Positions 11,535-24,271 of a stretch of 45,676 nucleotides of DNA are shown here, in pieces. Source of the stretch: Octopus bimaculoides (lineage: Eukaryota); assembly GCF_001194135.2 (NCBI RefSeq), contig NC_069001.1, forward strand, positions 34,601,940-34,647,615, in the 5' to 3' direction. How positions within the stretch are numbered: position 1 is the stretch's first letter; each line of letters opens with the position of its first letter. A model generated the notes under the pieces. It saw nothing but the letters and a program-made list of their open reading frames with translations, ran no database searches and was not told the origin of the DNA. The position numbers were made by a program, and so were the translations under genes.

Positions 11535-11860
11535 TAATAATAATACTTCTCTTTCCTAAAGGCACTAGGCCTAAAATTTCAAGGAGGGGATAATTGAATA
11601 CATCAACCCCAATACACAGCTGGTACTCCCCCTAGTTCAGTGGTCTTCACACCCTCTCTTTGTCTCTCTCTCTTTGAATAAATGGACAATAATATGTTAA
11701 GATTTTTATCAAAGTAAGCAATAACATGATATGGTTTATTATCATTATTATTATTATTATTATGATTATTATTATTATTATTATTATTATTATCATTTAT
11801 TATTCTTCTTATTATTATTATCGTTATTATCATTATTATTCTTATTATTCATTATTATTA
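11471..11860. repeat. (TAA)n 11471-11543, family B SINE 3' fragment (-) 11545-11630, (ATT)n 11730-11860
   Basis: Visible triplet runs; AGGCACTAGGCCTAAAATTT...CATCAACCCCAATAC matches the family B 3' end. Confidence 0.85.
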
Positions 11861-12149
11861 TTTTCTAGTTCTCTTGTTCAATTGTTTGTACAAAATTTCA
11901 CCATCTTCAAAAACAAAGAAAAAGAATTGATAAATAAAAAGGAACCAAAAAAAGTTGCAAAATGCACAAACAAAAAAAGAAACCTGTTGCAAAATTTCGA
12001 TTTCTATGTCTGACACTGGAAATTCCCCTGCCCCGTTTTCATTTTCAGTGATTTTTACATCAAATTCTACATCAAAATATAAAAGTAATTGTTATTTTGT
12101 GACAGTAATTATTTTGTTGGAGACGTCTCTTCAAAATATCACAATATCT

Positions 12150-12303
12150 GTGTGTGTGTGTGTGTGTGTGAGTGTGTGTGTGTATACTTAACTACATATA
12201 CATAGTTATGCATATATGATGTATATAGAAATAAGTGTATGTAACATATGTATAGATATATATATAATATAGATATACACACACATATACATATACACAC
12301 ACA

Positions 12304-12337
<34 letters not shown>

Positions 12338-13178
12338 TGTATATATATATATGAATGTATATATATATGTATATATATATATACATATATATATATGTAT
12401 GCATGTATGTATATATGTATATATATATAAATATATGTATATATTTATATGTATGTATATATATGTATGTATGTAACTATATATATATATATATATATNN
12501 NNNNNNNNNNNNNNNNNNNNNNNNNNNNNNNAAAGATAAACCAAGAAAAAGAAAAGATAAAAAAAAACACAAATTGAAATGAAATAAAAATTTGATTGAA
12601 CAACTCCCAATCTAAGTATCTTAATTGTTTTTATTTTTATATTCTATTTTTTTTTTTGTGGTAATTTGTCTTATTATTTTGTCTTTGGTACCACCTGATA
12701 TCAGCTTCCATTCTGGCAGAGCCAAAATAAATGATGACTGTCTGAAAATTATTGTAAAAACATGAGGAAATCCAATAAAATTCTCATCTAACAAGTATTG
12801 CTCTCCGAACATGTACACACACACACATATACACACATACACAGACTCAAACACACACACAGACATACACACACACACATTCAGCAACGCATACATATAG
12901 TGATTTTCTGCACACACATACACACAGGCACTTATACACAGTCACATACATGCCAGCACTTATACACACACACGCGCACACACACACACACACACACACC
13001 TATACACATATGCAGCAACACATACACTCACACACACACACACATACATGCAGACAAACATGACAACAGATGCATACACACATACATACATGGCAACACA
13101 TTCACACATAAACAGTGACGCATATACACATATATACACAGGCATACTTACAAACACAGACATAGACACACACACACA

Positions 13179-13266
<88 letters not shown>

Positions 13267-13534
13267 NNNNNNNNNNNNNNNNNNNNNNNNNNNNNNNNNN
13301 NNNNNNNNNNNNNNNNNNNNNNNNNNNNNNNNNNNNNNNNNNNNNNNNNNNNNNNNNNNNNNNNNNNNNNNNNNNNNNNNNNNNNNNNNNNNNNNNNNNN
13401 NNNNNNNNNNNNNNNNNNNNNNNNNNNNNNNNNNNNNNNNNNNNNNNNNNNNNNNNNNNNNNNNNNNNNNNNNNNNNNNNNNNNNNNNNNNNNNNNNNNN
13501 NNNNNNNNNNNNNNNNNNNNNNNNNNNNNNNNNN

Positions 13535-13585
<51 letters not shown>

Positions 13586-14224
13586 TCATGTATGTATATA
13601 TGTATATATACATGTGTGTGTGTCCAGTGTCTGTGTGTGGGCTATTTATGTTTTGTACTGGGTGGTTTTGTTCCCTTTCCCCCTTTTTTCTTTTGTTACA
13701 TATTCTAGTACAATATATATATATATATATATTTGTGTGTGTGTGTAAAGAGGATGTTTCTTAGTACCTAGAGAGACACAGGAACAGCTGCCGGTAAAAC
13801 AGAAAAAAAAGGAGAAAATCGATAAATTTCATTGATTTCCAACTATTGGTTTGGTTGACTTCAAAAGGCCTTTATGTGTGGAATATAATATAGTAGAATA
13901 GTAGAATAGAAATATCTATGTATGAAGGTATATATATCAGAAAAAGTATATATGTATGTTTGTATGTATATATATATATATATATATATCTAAGAAAAAA
14001 TATACATGTGAAGTATGTAGGTATATATATTTATGTATACATATATATATGTGTGTGAGTGCAGAGTGCACATATGTATGTATATATGTATGTGTGTGTG
14101 TGTGTGTGTATTTTTATGTATATATTTGTGTGTGTTTATATGTATATATATTGTGCTGTGGCTTATATGTAATATATGCATATATTTACAAATATACATT
14201 CATGCACACATATATGTGAATAAG

Positions 14225-14266
<42 letters not shown>

Positions 14267-14330
14267 TATTCACATGCACATACATACATATACATATAGA
14301 CAAATATATAGATAAACTGGTGTGTGTGTG
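12150..14330. repeat. Large degenerate TA/TG/CA microsatellite fields (12150-12498, 12805-13266, 13534-13620, 13920-14330)
   Basis: Directly visible; two gaps lie inside. Confidence 0.95.
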
Positions 14331-14659
14331 TGTATATTACCCCTCTCTCATATACACACACAGACACGTGAAAACATACACATGTACGTTATATTCCCTT
14401 AATTCCCCATGTACATATGTAATAGCAATATTTCATTGTGACTTGTGACTCTTAACTTGTGAAAGAAACGAAACGTAAAACAAAAATGTTGTAATGTTCA
14501 TGACTTATGCAAGAGTCTTGTAATATCAAGTAAAGCTGGTAAGTAGTCACTTCTAAGAATTGAAACTGGTTTCCATAGTCTGTGTATTCCTTTTGACGAG
14601 AACTCAATGCTACATTATAGAGCCTGCTAATCAATAACATTATTAATAACTTGTCGCAT

Positions 14660-14770
14660 TGGCAAAGGGCCAAAATTTTGTAAAGGGATTGATGTAGTTT
14701 GATCTAATCAATCCAACAACATGGTTGGTACTTATTTCATTGCCCTTCTCCCTGGGGGATTGGAAAATAA
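14660..14770 (-). mobile_element. Degenerate family B SINE 3' part
   Basis: GGCCAAAATTTTG...TTGGTACTTATTTCATTG resembles the minus-strand family B body. Confidence 0.55.
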
Positions 14771-15375
14771 TACCAATCTGTGTTTTACTTAAATCAATCT
14801 ATGTTTTATGAACCGGCCTGAAAATCATAAAGCTACAAAGCCAAAGAGGTGAAACCATTAATGTAGTAAAGGCTCTTACGTCTGGGGAGGTTGCTCTGGT
14901 TGTACACATACAGACTATTCTAGTTTATGTCCAACGAAACTCTTTATCCACTCGGCTGATTAGTAATTCAATCACTAATAGATATACTCCAACTTCTGGC
15001 CCACAGACATGCTGTATCCCCTCTCTCTCTCTCTCTCTCTTTCACCCACTACAAAGAGATGAGCTCTTCAGTGTATCACTGAGCCCATGTCTGGATTGAT
15101 GCTGCTGCAACACACACACACACATACACACACACGCATCCTATGCTACAGCTAATAGAAAAAAAGAAAAAAAAAAGAGAGAACTGTTTGATTTATTTAA
15201 AGCCATCCACACAGGGCTGGATTAAGTGCCACAGAGAGGCCCTAAGCACACCCAGTTCTATCCCCATCCACTTCTGCTCACTTTGCACCTTGTGCATCCA
15301 CCCTGGTACCTCATAATCACTATTTTATCTCTCTCTCTCTCTTTCCAGCTTCACCCCAGTCACTCCCATTGTCTC

Positions 15376-15470
15376 TTAGATAGAAAACCCAGACAACTAC
15401 TAACAGCATATCGAAGTCGCCACCCCAAAGCAGATGCAGACTGACTATATCTACCCCACTCAGAACCATG
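15376..15470 (+). pseudogene. Non-LTR retrotransposon RT C-terminal fragment, R4/Dong-like
   Basis: Translates LDRKPRQLLTAYRSRHPKADAD*LYLPHSE, matching the 'LDRKTR.LLT....HPK.DVDRLYLPR..GGRG' motif; one in-frame stop. Confidence 0.7.
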
Positions 15471-15689
15471 AACAAGATTAACCATATAGCAAGAGACATG
15501 TTCTGTTCAGGTCTCTTTTCTCATACTTTAACCAGGGCTGGTTTAAGACCCATAGACACCTTAAACTCTTAAAAGATTTCGGTGCCTCCATATATTTGTA
15601 ATTCAAAACATAAACAATAATAAACCATTAAGATTATATGTATTTTCAAAGAGAGAGAGAGAGGGGGGGGAGGGAAAGGTAATATATGT

Positions 15690-15908
15690 AATCCTTTCTA
15701 ATATAGAAACAGGGTCTGAAATATTTTTATGGGATAGGATTGGTTAGTTGATTACATCGGCCCCCAGTGCTCAACTGATTCTTATTTTATTGATTCCAAC
15801 GAAAGCAAAGTTGACCTTGACAGGATTTGAACTCAGAATGTAAAATCAGAATGAATGTCTCTAAGCATTTTGTCCAGCACGCTAACAATTCTCCCAGCTC
15901 CCCAACTT
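15690..15908 (-). mobile_element. Full-length family B SINE
   Basis: AAAGTTGACCTTG...ATTTGAACTCAGAATG...CTAAGCATTTTGTCCAGCACGCTAAC. Confidence 0.85.
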
Positions 15909-15912
15909 AGAG

Positions 15913-15977
<65 letters not shown>

Positions 15978-15989
15978 ATAGATAGATAG

Positions 15990-16034
<45 letters not shown>

Positions 16035-16293
16035 AACTCTTGAAATACGCACCTTCAGACACACACCTACCTGTGATAGTATGGGTGCTTGCATTTTCAT
16101 TCATTTCACTTGTTTTGTTTTTTTTCATGTTTGTGCAATGAAGGATGTAACATTTTTGCAAAATCTCCATTAGAAAATTACATGAATTATTGGAAAACAC
16201 TAAGAATATATTTGTTGCTTGTATTCACTCAGTGTCAACGGCTGAATACCTTTCATGTCACTGCTTCATACATACATACACACATACATACAA

Positions 16294-16341
<48 letters not shown>

Positions 16342-16680
16342 ATATGTCCCATTTGGGACACATACATTCACATCTACAGTTACATATGTAGATACATGCT
16401 TACACAGCTCCATACATTTTGCTCTTGCACATATTATTGTTCAGTTAACCATATTGTTCATTCACTCATTTCTTACCTTGACAATAAACACATTAAAATA
16501 TTAAAAATATAAATGAGTTATCATCAAATTGATAAACATTCACTCAATGGAGAGGTGTTCAACCAACCTTCTAAAAGATTTTAAATTGAAATCTACAACT
16601 AATGCATATACGGTGACACACATGTGCATGAAAGCATATATGTGTGTGTGTGTGTGTGTGTGTGCATGTGTGTATGTATA

Positions 16681-16834
16681 TATTCTTTTTTTTTGTTTCA
16701 GTCATTTGACTGCAGCCAAACTGGAGCACCACCTTTACTCGCAGAGTTACGAGGACATAAATACACCAGCATCAGTTGTCAAGTGACATTGGGAGTACAA
16801 ACACAGAAACACAGACATACATACACACATGTAT

Positions 16835-16874
<40 letters not shown>

Positions 16875-16989
16875 CGAGTTTCTTTCAGTTTCCATCTACC
16901 AAATCCACTCACAAGGCTTAAGTCAGCCAGAGGCTTTAGTAGAAGACACTTGCCCAAGGTGCCATGCAGATGGACTGAACCTGGAACCA
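16681..16989 (-). mobile_element. Family A SINE, head partly truncated
   Basis: CAGTCATTTGACTG end, internal CA/TA tract, TTTCAGTTTCCATCTACCAAATCCACTCACAAGG and CTTGCCCAAGGTGCC. Confidence 0.9.
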
Positions 16990-17049
16990 CCTTCATCATC
17001 ATATTAAAGAACACTAAGCAAAACTACACCCATATTTAATGGCATATCC

Positions 17050-17230
17050 TCGCCATCATCATCATTTTATCATCTACTTTCTCATGCATGGATCAGACAA
17101 AACTACCTTGGAGTTTTCTATGGCTGGATGCTCTCCCTGACACCAACCCTTACCTGTTTCCAAGCAAGCTAATAATATCCAAGTCCATTGATGAATGAGG
17201 ATCCTGGACATAGTTTCCTGGAGAACTGGA
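17050..17230 (-). mobile_element. RTE-related 3' end, divergent subtype
   Basis: (CAT)n tail and GGCTGGATGCTCTCCCTGACACCAACCCTTACCTGTTTCCAAGCAAG; the same subtype occurs at 36545-36712 (+). Confidence 0.7.
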
Positions 17231-17723
17231 AGAGAGAGAGAGAGAGAGATGATATAATATGATATAGAAAGCAAAACTAAGCTTGCACCTAATTGTAGAA
17301 TATAGTTACTGATCGACAAGAGGTCATTTGCATAATTTATTACAGAAATACCATAGTCTTACAAACCACCCACTTTCCTCATAGCAAATACATAGAAACT
17401 TCAGCCAGTTACCAAGGGAGATTATTAAGTTAAATACAAGTAACCAACTCTTAAATAATGGATTTCATAAATATTGGAAGACCATAAAATCTGAAGCTTC
17501 CTCTTAATATTCTGAAGGGACTCATTTTAGCTGAGGCAGTGTTTACTACTATAGAATCTCTCAGGCATAACATTGCCACTGTTTATGATCATCCTATTTG
17601 TGTGTGACTCCAACTGTTGCTTAACTTTACAGATAAAATGTGTGTGTGTGTGTGTATGTGTGTGTGAATTTCTGGTTGGTTTTTGTGTTTATATTTGATG
17701 GAGAATGGTAAAATGATAGAGAA

Positions 17724-17757
<34 letters not shown>

Positions 17758-17785
17758 ATGAATGTTTATGTCATCCTGGCTTTCT

Positions 17786-18010
17786 TCCTCTTTTACTTGT
17801 CTCAGTCATTGGGGTGTGGCCATGCTGGAGCACAGCCATGAAGGGTTTTACTCAAACAAATCAATCCCAGCATTTAGTTTTTTTGTTTTTTTTTTTTCAA
17901 TTTCGGAAGTCTATATTAGTGTCTTTTGCCAAAAATGCTAAGTTGCAAGGACATAAAAGAACCAACACCAGTTGTGAAAATGATGGAGATGGGGACAGAC
18001 CCAAACACAA
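17786..18010 (-). mobile_element. Family A SINE 3' half
   Basis: GGCCATGCTGGAGCAC...TTTTGCC...GCTAAGTTGCAAGGACATAA. Confidence 0.75.
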
Positions 18011-18144
18011 AATATATATGAAAAATACAATATCTTGAATGATATTAGTCACAAATTCATTTTGATTTATGCATGTGTGTGCATATGTATCTGCATGAAT
18101 GCATGGCATGTGTGTATGTATGTGTACATGTCTATGTGTGTATC

Positions 18145-18175
<31 letters not shown>

Positions 18176-18612
18176 GGAAACTGCCAGTATATATGTGTTT
18201 CAGCATTGAATTGTTGTTTTTTTTTTTTTGTGATTTGTACCAAACTGAATGAATGTTCCAGAAAGCCCCTCTTTGTGATCTGCTTTTGAGAACCAGAGTA
18301 TTATCAGTTACCTATACAAAAGCAGCCTACTTTCAGGGAAATTATTCATTTGCGAGAATATTTCTGGAAGGTTCCATTCTCCATTCATTGTTGCTTCCCT
18401 GAAGGCATTGATTAAGAGTTATCTAGTGAAGAATCCTTGAATCAAGGAGTTTGAGCGACATAAAGTAGACATCCTAATCTCTCTATCACAACACTCGTTC
18501 TGTTGTAAAATTGCCTTTCATTAAACTCGTCTCAACTAAATTCTATTTCAAGCAAAATTCATGAAATATTCCACTATGAAAATGGAGAGGATTCTATAAG
18601 CATCAGTTAAAA

Positions 18613-18865
18613 CAGTGGTTCCTAAACCTTTTCAAGCTGCTGCCCCCTTGGCATCCAGGCCACATTTCTAGCCCCACCACCGCCAACACCACCATAAACG
18701 TAGACCATTTTCTGCAGCAAATTCGAAACAACTGTATTTCACAAATAAAACTTATTATTATTATTATCATCATTATTATTATTATTATCATTATTATTAT
18801 CATTGTTATTATTATTTTCATAATTATGTCACAGATGCCCAGGGCATGCAGTTTGAATAGAAGAT
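18613..18865. mobile_element. hAT-like MITE remnant containing an (ATT)n tract
   Basis: Starts CAGTGGTTCCTAAACC (typical hAT TIR); degenerate GCAGTTTGAA right end; TSD not evident. Confidence 0.5.
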
Positions 18866-20300
18866 GGTCGCATTCCAAAACCTATTTTGATGCTAAATCT
18901 TGATACCAAATTTTATCCTTTCATATTCAAATTTTATATCAGCTTTGACCCATGTGTATGTTGTACCCTTAGCATATACATGGGTCAAATGTTAACTTTT
19001 GCTGCAAGGTTCTTTTCCTTCATATTCAAACTCGGTACCAGCTGTGTCCCTTGCATAAGTCACACCCTGTTTTTTTTTTGTTTTTTTTTTGCAGTTAAAA
19101 TAAAGCATAAAATAACGTGACTTATTCATGAATAAATATGGTAATTATTACTTCATTTTTATAGTTTGTGACTCGTTTCAGTAAATTGATCACATCTCAC
19201 TAATTGAGTTTTTCTTCAAGTTTCCTTCATCGCAAATTAAAATAAATAAATAAACAGATAAATAAAATAAAATAAAATAAAAAATGAGCAACAACAATAA
19301 CAACATGGTTTGTCTTCATTAATTCTTTTGCTCTCCCCTATTATAATTCATTGCATGGAATCACTATATATGCTTTTGCTGTTCTTTGTTTTGTTTTGGA
19401 TTCCAAAAACATAAATATAAAAAGCCATATGTCAGTGAGATAGGCTTTAAGAAATGCAATTTGTTCACTGCTAAATAGCTGCCATGCATTTCTTAAAAGA
19501 AATTCACATTCAAATCCTGAAGTTTGTGTTACTCTTCTTCTCATCATTGTCTATGATTCTTATAAAAATATTGCTGGTAACTGAATTAATTCTGTCTACA
19601 ACTGACGTTTTAATTTCATTATCAATTTACTCATCATCACATCACAAGAGAATCCTAATTAACTCATCTAAATAATTTTTGCTTGTTTGTTTCTTTACTG
19701 TTTTTTTTTTATTTCAATTTATATTTATTTATTTAATTATATTTTTGGTAAAATAATTTTGTGGGGTGGGGGGGCGACCTGAAAGAAATCTATTAACTAA
19801 AAGCAATATTTCACAGTCGAAAGAGATGATCCTTGCTTCAGTGAAAATACCCAAAGGGGATCACTCTCCATGCTGATGCTAAATTTTTTTATATATTATT
19901 TTTTTCATTTATTACTTCTTTGTAAAAAACATTTTCATTCTCCCTCTTCTTGAAAATTTGCCATACAATGAAAGCCGGCTAGAAATCTTTATTAAAATAT
20001 GCTTCCAGTTTAGCATTCTGCCTTATTATCATTTTTCATTTTCCTATTATTTCTCCATGTGCGGTTAACACAACCCCACTATTTACTGACTTATAATATA
20101 TATATATATATATATATACAGTAATAGCCTATATATACATAAACACATATTGCCTACAGCAATAGTCTACAGCAGGATGAAAAGTGCTGCCCCTTTAAAA
20201 GTGCTGCCCCTGGGTTGACTACCCTAACCACACACCAGCTACACTAGTGCTTGCACATAAATAATATGCATAAATTTTAAAAAATCAATTAAGACCAAAA

Positions 20301-20411
20301 CCAATTTGAAGTTATTAATGAGGTTCATGGTGAACCTTCATCAAAAATTTGTCATTTTAACCAATTGAAATAATGGGGCAGGCTAACGTTGAGTCTATAA
20401 ATAGGGTGAGT
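20301..20411 (+). promoter_or_regulatory. CCAAT (20301, 20361), GC-box-like GGGGCAGG and TATAAATA (20396) cluster, overlapping a candidate ATG micro-exon 20373-20405
   Basis: Motifs are directly visible. ATG in A-3/G+4 context gives MGQANVESINR followed by AGG|GTGAGT. May belong to the adjacent repeat. Confidence 0.4.
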
Positions 20412-20639
20412 TTGTTTCTAATTTCTTAATTTGTTTGTACCTTCTCTGAACCTTAGAGTAGAACAATTATCGTTTGACCATAATGTATCGTTATAGTGGT
20501 CTGCTTTGTTAGTTTGTTTGTTCGTTAAAGTTACTTGAAATTTATTTATCTTTAATTAATTGCCATCGTGTGTGAAGTGAGTAATGAGTTGGAGAAATGT
20601 CTTGAGGAATAATCTTCACTTCGTTGTTTTTTGTATTGG

Positions 20640-22740
20640 ATCTTCTGAGAGGTTTGTCATTGGAAAAATTGGTTTTAATTGAAAAATACAGTTAAAAAAA
20701 AAAATAATAACTAAGTAAAAACGGAATGGTAGAGACTGAAAAAAGTGGGAGATAGAGTGGGAGGGAAGGGGAACGAAAGGGATGGGGAGGGAGAGAGAGA
20801 GAGGGGGTTATTGAGGCAAGAACTGGATTTATAGAGAGAGTGGGAGAAAAGGAGGACAAAGAAATATAAGGGAGATAGGCAGATAGATAGATAAATAGAT
20901 AGATAGACAGATGGATATGAAACAGGATGGCAGAGAGACACTTAAGTAATAAATTATGGAAAAGATTGTAGTTGCATGTGTGTGTGTGTGTGTGTATGTG
21001 TGTGTGTGTGTGTGTGTGTGGATATATATGTATAGAGACAGAAAAAGAGGGGGAGAGAGAGAGAGAAAAAGAGGGGGAGCAGTGCTAGAGTTATTGGAAA
21101 GGTGGAGATGATAAGAAAAAATAAGGAAAGAGAAAGAATAATAAATTTTCGATAAAGAAGGACATATATATATACATGTGCATATATANNNNNNNNNNNN
21201 NNNNNNNNNNNNNNNNNNNNNNNNNNNNNNNNNNNNNNNNNNNNNNNNNNNNNNNNNNNNNNNNNNNNNNNNNNNNNNNNNNNNNNNNNNNNNNNNNNNN
21301 NNNNNNNNNNNNNNNNNNNNNNNNNNNNNNNNNNNNNNNNNNNNNNNNNNNNNNNNNNNNNNNNNNNNNNNNNNNNNNNNNNNNNNNNNNNNNNNNNNNN
21401 NNNNNNNNNNNNNNNNNNNNNNNNNNNNNNNNNNNNNNNNNNNNNNNNNNNNNNNNNNNNNNNNNNNNNNNNNNNNNNNNNNNNNNNNNNNNNNNNNNNN
21501 NNNNNNNTGGCAACGGCCACGCTCAAAATGGTGCATCTCATGTGCCACCCGCACAAGAACCAGTCCAGGGGCACTGGCAACGATCTTACTTGGCTTGCCG
21601 GGTCTTCTCACGCACAGCCCATTTCCAAAGGTCTTGGTCCGTAGTCATCGCCTCGGTGAGGCCCAATGTACGAAGGTCTTGCCTCACCACCTCAGCCCAT
21701 ATATATGCAGGAAAAAATAAAATAAGAATCCAGATCAATTTTCTAAATTGAATTTCCATTTTTATTGTTGTTGTTGTTGTTGTTGGAGTAGTAGCAAGAT
21801 CAGCAGCGGCAGCAGCAGCAGCAGATACTGTGCATCAGCGGTTATAAGAATGTCTACTAAGTTTGCTGTGATGACCTTCTTTGGTGGAGAAGTCTACCAT
21901 AACACTGTTGGGCAATAAAAGTTTGCAGGATCTTAACTCTGCTCTTGGTTCATAATTCATCAAGTCAACCTGTTGTTGCCTTCCCTCATCACTGTTGCCA
22001 TCATCGTCACCATCATCATCATCATCATCGTCTTCTTCTTCTTCTTCTTATTCTTTTTCTTCTTCTTCTTTTTCTTCTTCTTCCTATTTTTCTACCTTTT
22101 CTTCCTATTTCCTTCCTCTACCTCCTCTTTCTCCTTTTCCTCCTTCTCCTTCTCCTCCTCCATCACCCCTCCTACTTCCCTCCCTCCTCCCCTCCTACTT
22201 CCCTCNNNNNNNNNNNNNNNNNNNNNNNNNNNNNNNNNNNNNNNNNNNNNNNNNNNNNNNNNNNNNNNNNNNNNNNNNNNNNNNNNNNNNNNNNNNNNNN
22301 NNNNNNNNNNNNNNNNNNNNNNNNNNNNNNNNNNNNNNNNNNNNNNNNNNNNNNNNNNNNNNNNNNNNNNNNNNNNNNNNNNNNNNNNNNNNNNNNNNNN
22401 NNNNNNNNNNNNNNNNNNNNNNNNNNNNNNNNNNNNNNNNNNNNNNNNNNNNNNNNNNNNNNNNNNNNNNNNNNNNNNNNNNNNNNNNNNNNNNNNNNNN
22501 NNNNNNNNNNNNNNNNNNNNNNNNNNNNNNNNNNNNNNNNNNNNNNNNNNCCTCCTCCTCCTCCTCCTTCTCCTCTTCCTTCTCTACTTCTGTCGTTCTA
22601 TAATGAGATGTTTTCTCATTGGAAAATTACTTATAATTGAAAAATGCAATTAAAAAAAAATAATTAAGTAAAAACAAAATGATAGAGGGAGACTGAAAAG
22701 TGGGAGATAGAGAGGGAGGGAAGGAGAGAGAAGTGGAGGA
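20640..22740 (+). repeat. Direct-repeat pair 20640-20770 and 22604-22740
   Basis: Both read CATTGGAAAA...AATTGAAAAAT.CA.TTAAAAAAAAA.TAA..AAGTAAAAAC..AATG.TAGAG..ACTGAAAA.GTGGGAGATAGAG.GGGAGGGAAGG. Confidence 0.8.
21508..21699 (-). pseudogene. RTE LINE ORF2 C-terminus plus start of 3' UTR (5'-truncated)
   Basis: 21699-21586 translates WAEVVRQDLRTLGLTEAMTTDQDLWKWAVREKTRQAK*, the typical RTE 'GRP.KTW...V..DL......M..DR..W' ending; runs into a gap. Confidence 0.88.
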
Positions 22741-22742
22741 CA

Positions 22743-23037
22743 AGTACTGGGGTTATTTTAGAATACAGTAACCCCAGTACTCAATTGGTACTTCATTTTA
22801 TGGACCCACCCAAAAGCCTAAAAGGTAAAGTTGACCTCTTTGGTATTTGAACTCGGAATGCAAAGAACCACAAGGAATGTCCCTCAGCAAAATTATTGGT
22901 ATTAGGAGGGGTTTCCAGCGGTAGAAACCATGTCAAAAACGACATTGGAACACATTGCAGCTCTGTAGTTTGCCAGTTCTCCATCTAACCGTCCCACCCA
23001 TGCCAGCATGGAATGTGGACATTAAATGATGACGATA
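22743..23037. mobile_element. Family B SINE (-) 22743-22900 abutting an RTE 3' end (+) 22897-23037
   Basis: GTAAAGTTGACCTC..GGTATTTGAACTCGGAA, then CCCATGCCAGCATGG...GGACATTAAATGATGACGAT. Confidence 0.78.
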
Positions 23038-23884
23038 AAGAGATTAGCAGGTGAGTACTGGTGAAAGTCTCTCCTCCACCCACTCTCCATCTGTTCTGGA
23101 TATTCTACTGGTCAGAGGTGAGAAGTGAGGTGAGACAATAGTCTATGCTGGCTTGTAAATCACTTAATGAAACCATGGTTCATATTACTAAACAATTCAC
23201 ACTTTGTGAGTGACAGCTGTACTTCACACACACAAATATATATGTATGTATGTGTATGTTTATGCATGTGCAATAAGTATGAGTGTATCTATGTGTTTGT
23301 ATAATATTCTAATTATTTCTAAATTCTTTGGGAATGGAGTATTTATTACCTTTAAATATCTTTATGTAAATAAACGAAATATCAATTTATATTTAGAATA
23401 ATTTTTTGATTAACTCTAATTATATTCAAATGGTATCATTAATAACACTCATGAAGCATGCATTATTTCAAGATAATGAAGTACGTCGTTATCTTCAGAT
23501 ATCTCATGGTAGTTATATCATGTTTCAATTGCTTTCTGAATGATTTTCTTCAGCTATATGGAGATCAGTTATAATATCTTTATAATGATATCTGTCATAA
23601 AAATGCTATAATGTACATATGATATTTCTGAAAGTCTATCATTTCCATTAGACATCTCACATTTTCATGTCACAATGCTTCTTTTAAAATGATTTGCTTG
23701 AACATGTGGTTCCCTTAGTAATCACGGGTATTATAAGGGAGATAATCAGTCTTTTTTTTAATAATATTTAGTGGGATTAAAAATTTGAATGTGAAATTAA
23801 GCAGTTGTAAGGAAAAAGATACTTAAAATTCACACATTTAATTTATTTTTCTTTGCAAATTTCTTAAAATTTCAAGAAATTCTA

Positions 23885-24075
23885 TCTAATTCATCTCCCT
23901 TAACTGGTGCAGTTAGTTGTTAGGGTGCCACTCTTGGTGCCTTTGCAGTCATCCGTCACTACTGGTTTCTATTCTTTGTCATGCATAGCGGGGTGGTTGT
24001 GTTGTGACCTGTCCAATTCTTCATGTTGTCAGACCAGAATTTTTTCTGCCTGCCTGTCTTTCACCATCAGCCAGC
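23885..24075 (-). pseudogene. RTE-BovB-like LINE 3' end
   Basis: Translates DGE(frameshift)GRQKKFWSDNMKNWTGHNTTTPLCMTKNRNQ**RM, matching 'GRQKKRW.DNIKEWTG...R...DR..WR'. Confidence 0.7.
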
Positions 24076-24116
24076 TCACTATATTACTATCATAATAATA
24101 ATAATAATAATAATAA

Positions 24117-24271
24117 AAGCAAAAATAGAAGAGTGCCATTATTATCAAGAGAACAATATTTTGACATCTCGTGCGTCTTCCACAGGTTAAAAAAATAAGC
24201 TTGTCAATCTACTTCACGAGATGTCGAAATATCGTTCACTTGATAACAATGGCACTCTTCTATTTTTGCTT
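24117..24271. repeat. Foldback inverted repeat: 57-bp arms (53/57 identical), 41-nt spacer; MITE-like
   Basis: Arm 24117-24173 versus the reverse complement of 24215-24271; mismatches at 24141, 24150, 24155 and 24162. Confidence 0.92.

Noticed and set aside
14460-14544. Strong donor CTG|GTAAGT at 14539
   Set aside because: No acceptor or in-frame ATG upstream; at most a non-coding exon.
15210-15620. Two CAGGGCTGG.TTAAG hAT-like starts (~15210 and ~15534)
   Set aside because: Same orientation, with no inverted partner or TSD, so no element could be delimited.
21835-22045. Minus-strand open frame of about 70 codons (..QQQVDLMNYEPRAE..)
   Set aside because: Half of it derives from triplet repeats; no proper splice signals.
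23010-23211. Donors CAG|GTGAGT (~23050) and TTT|GTGAGT (23206, after MVHITKQFTL)
   Set aside because: The first lies just beyond an RTE tail. Both are phase 1 with no supported partner, which shows how common chance signals are.
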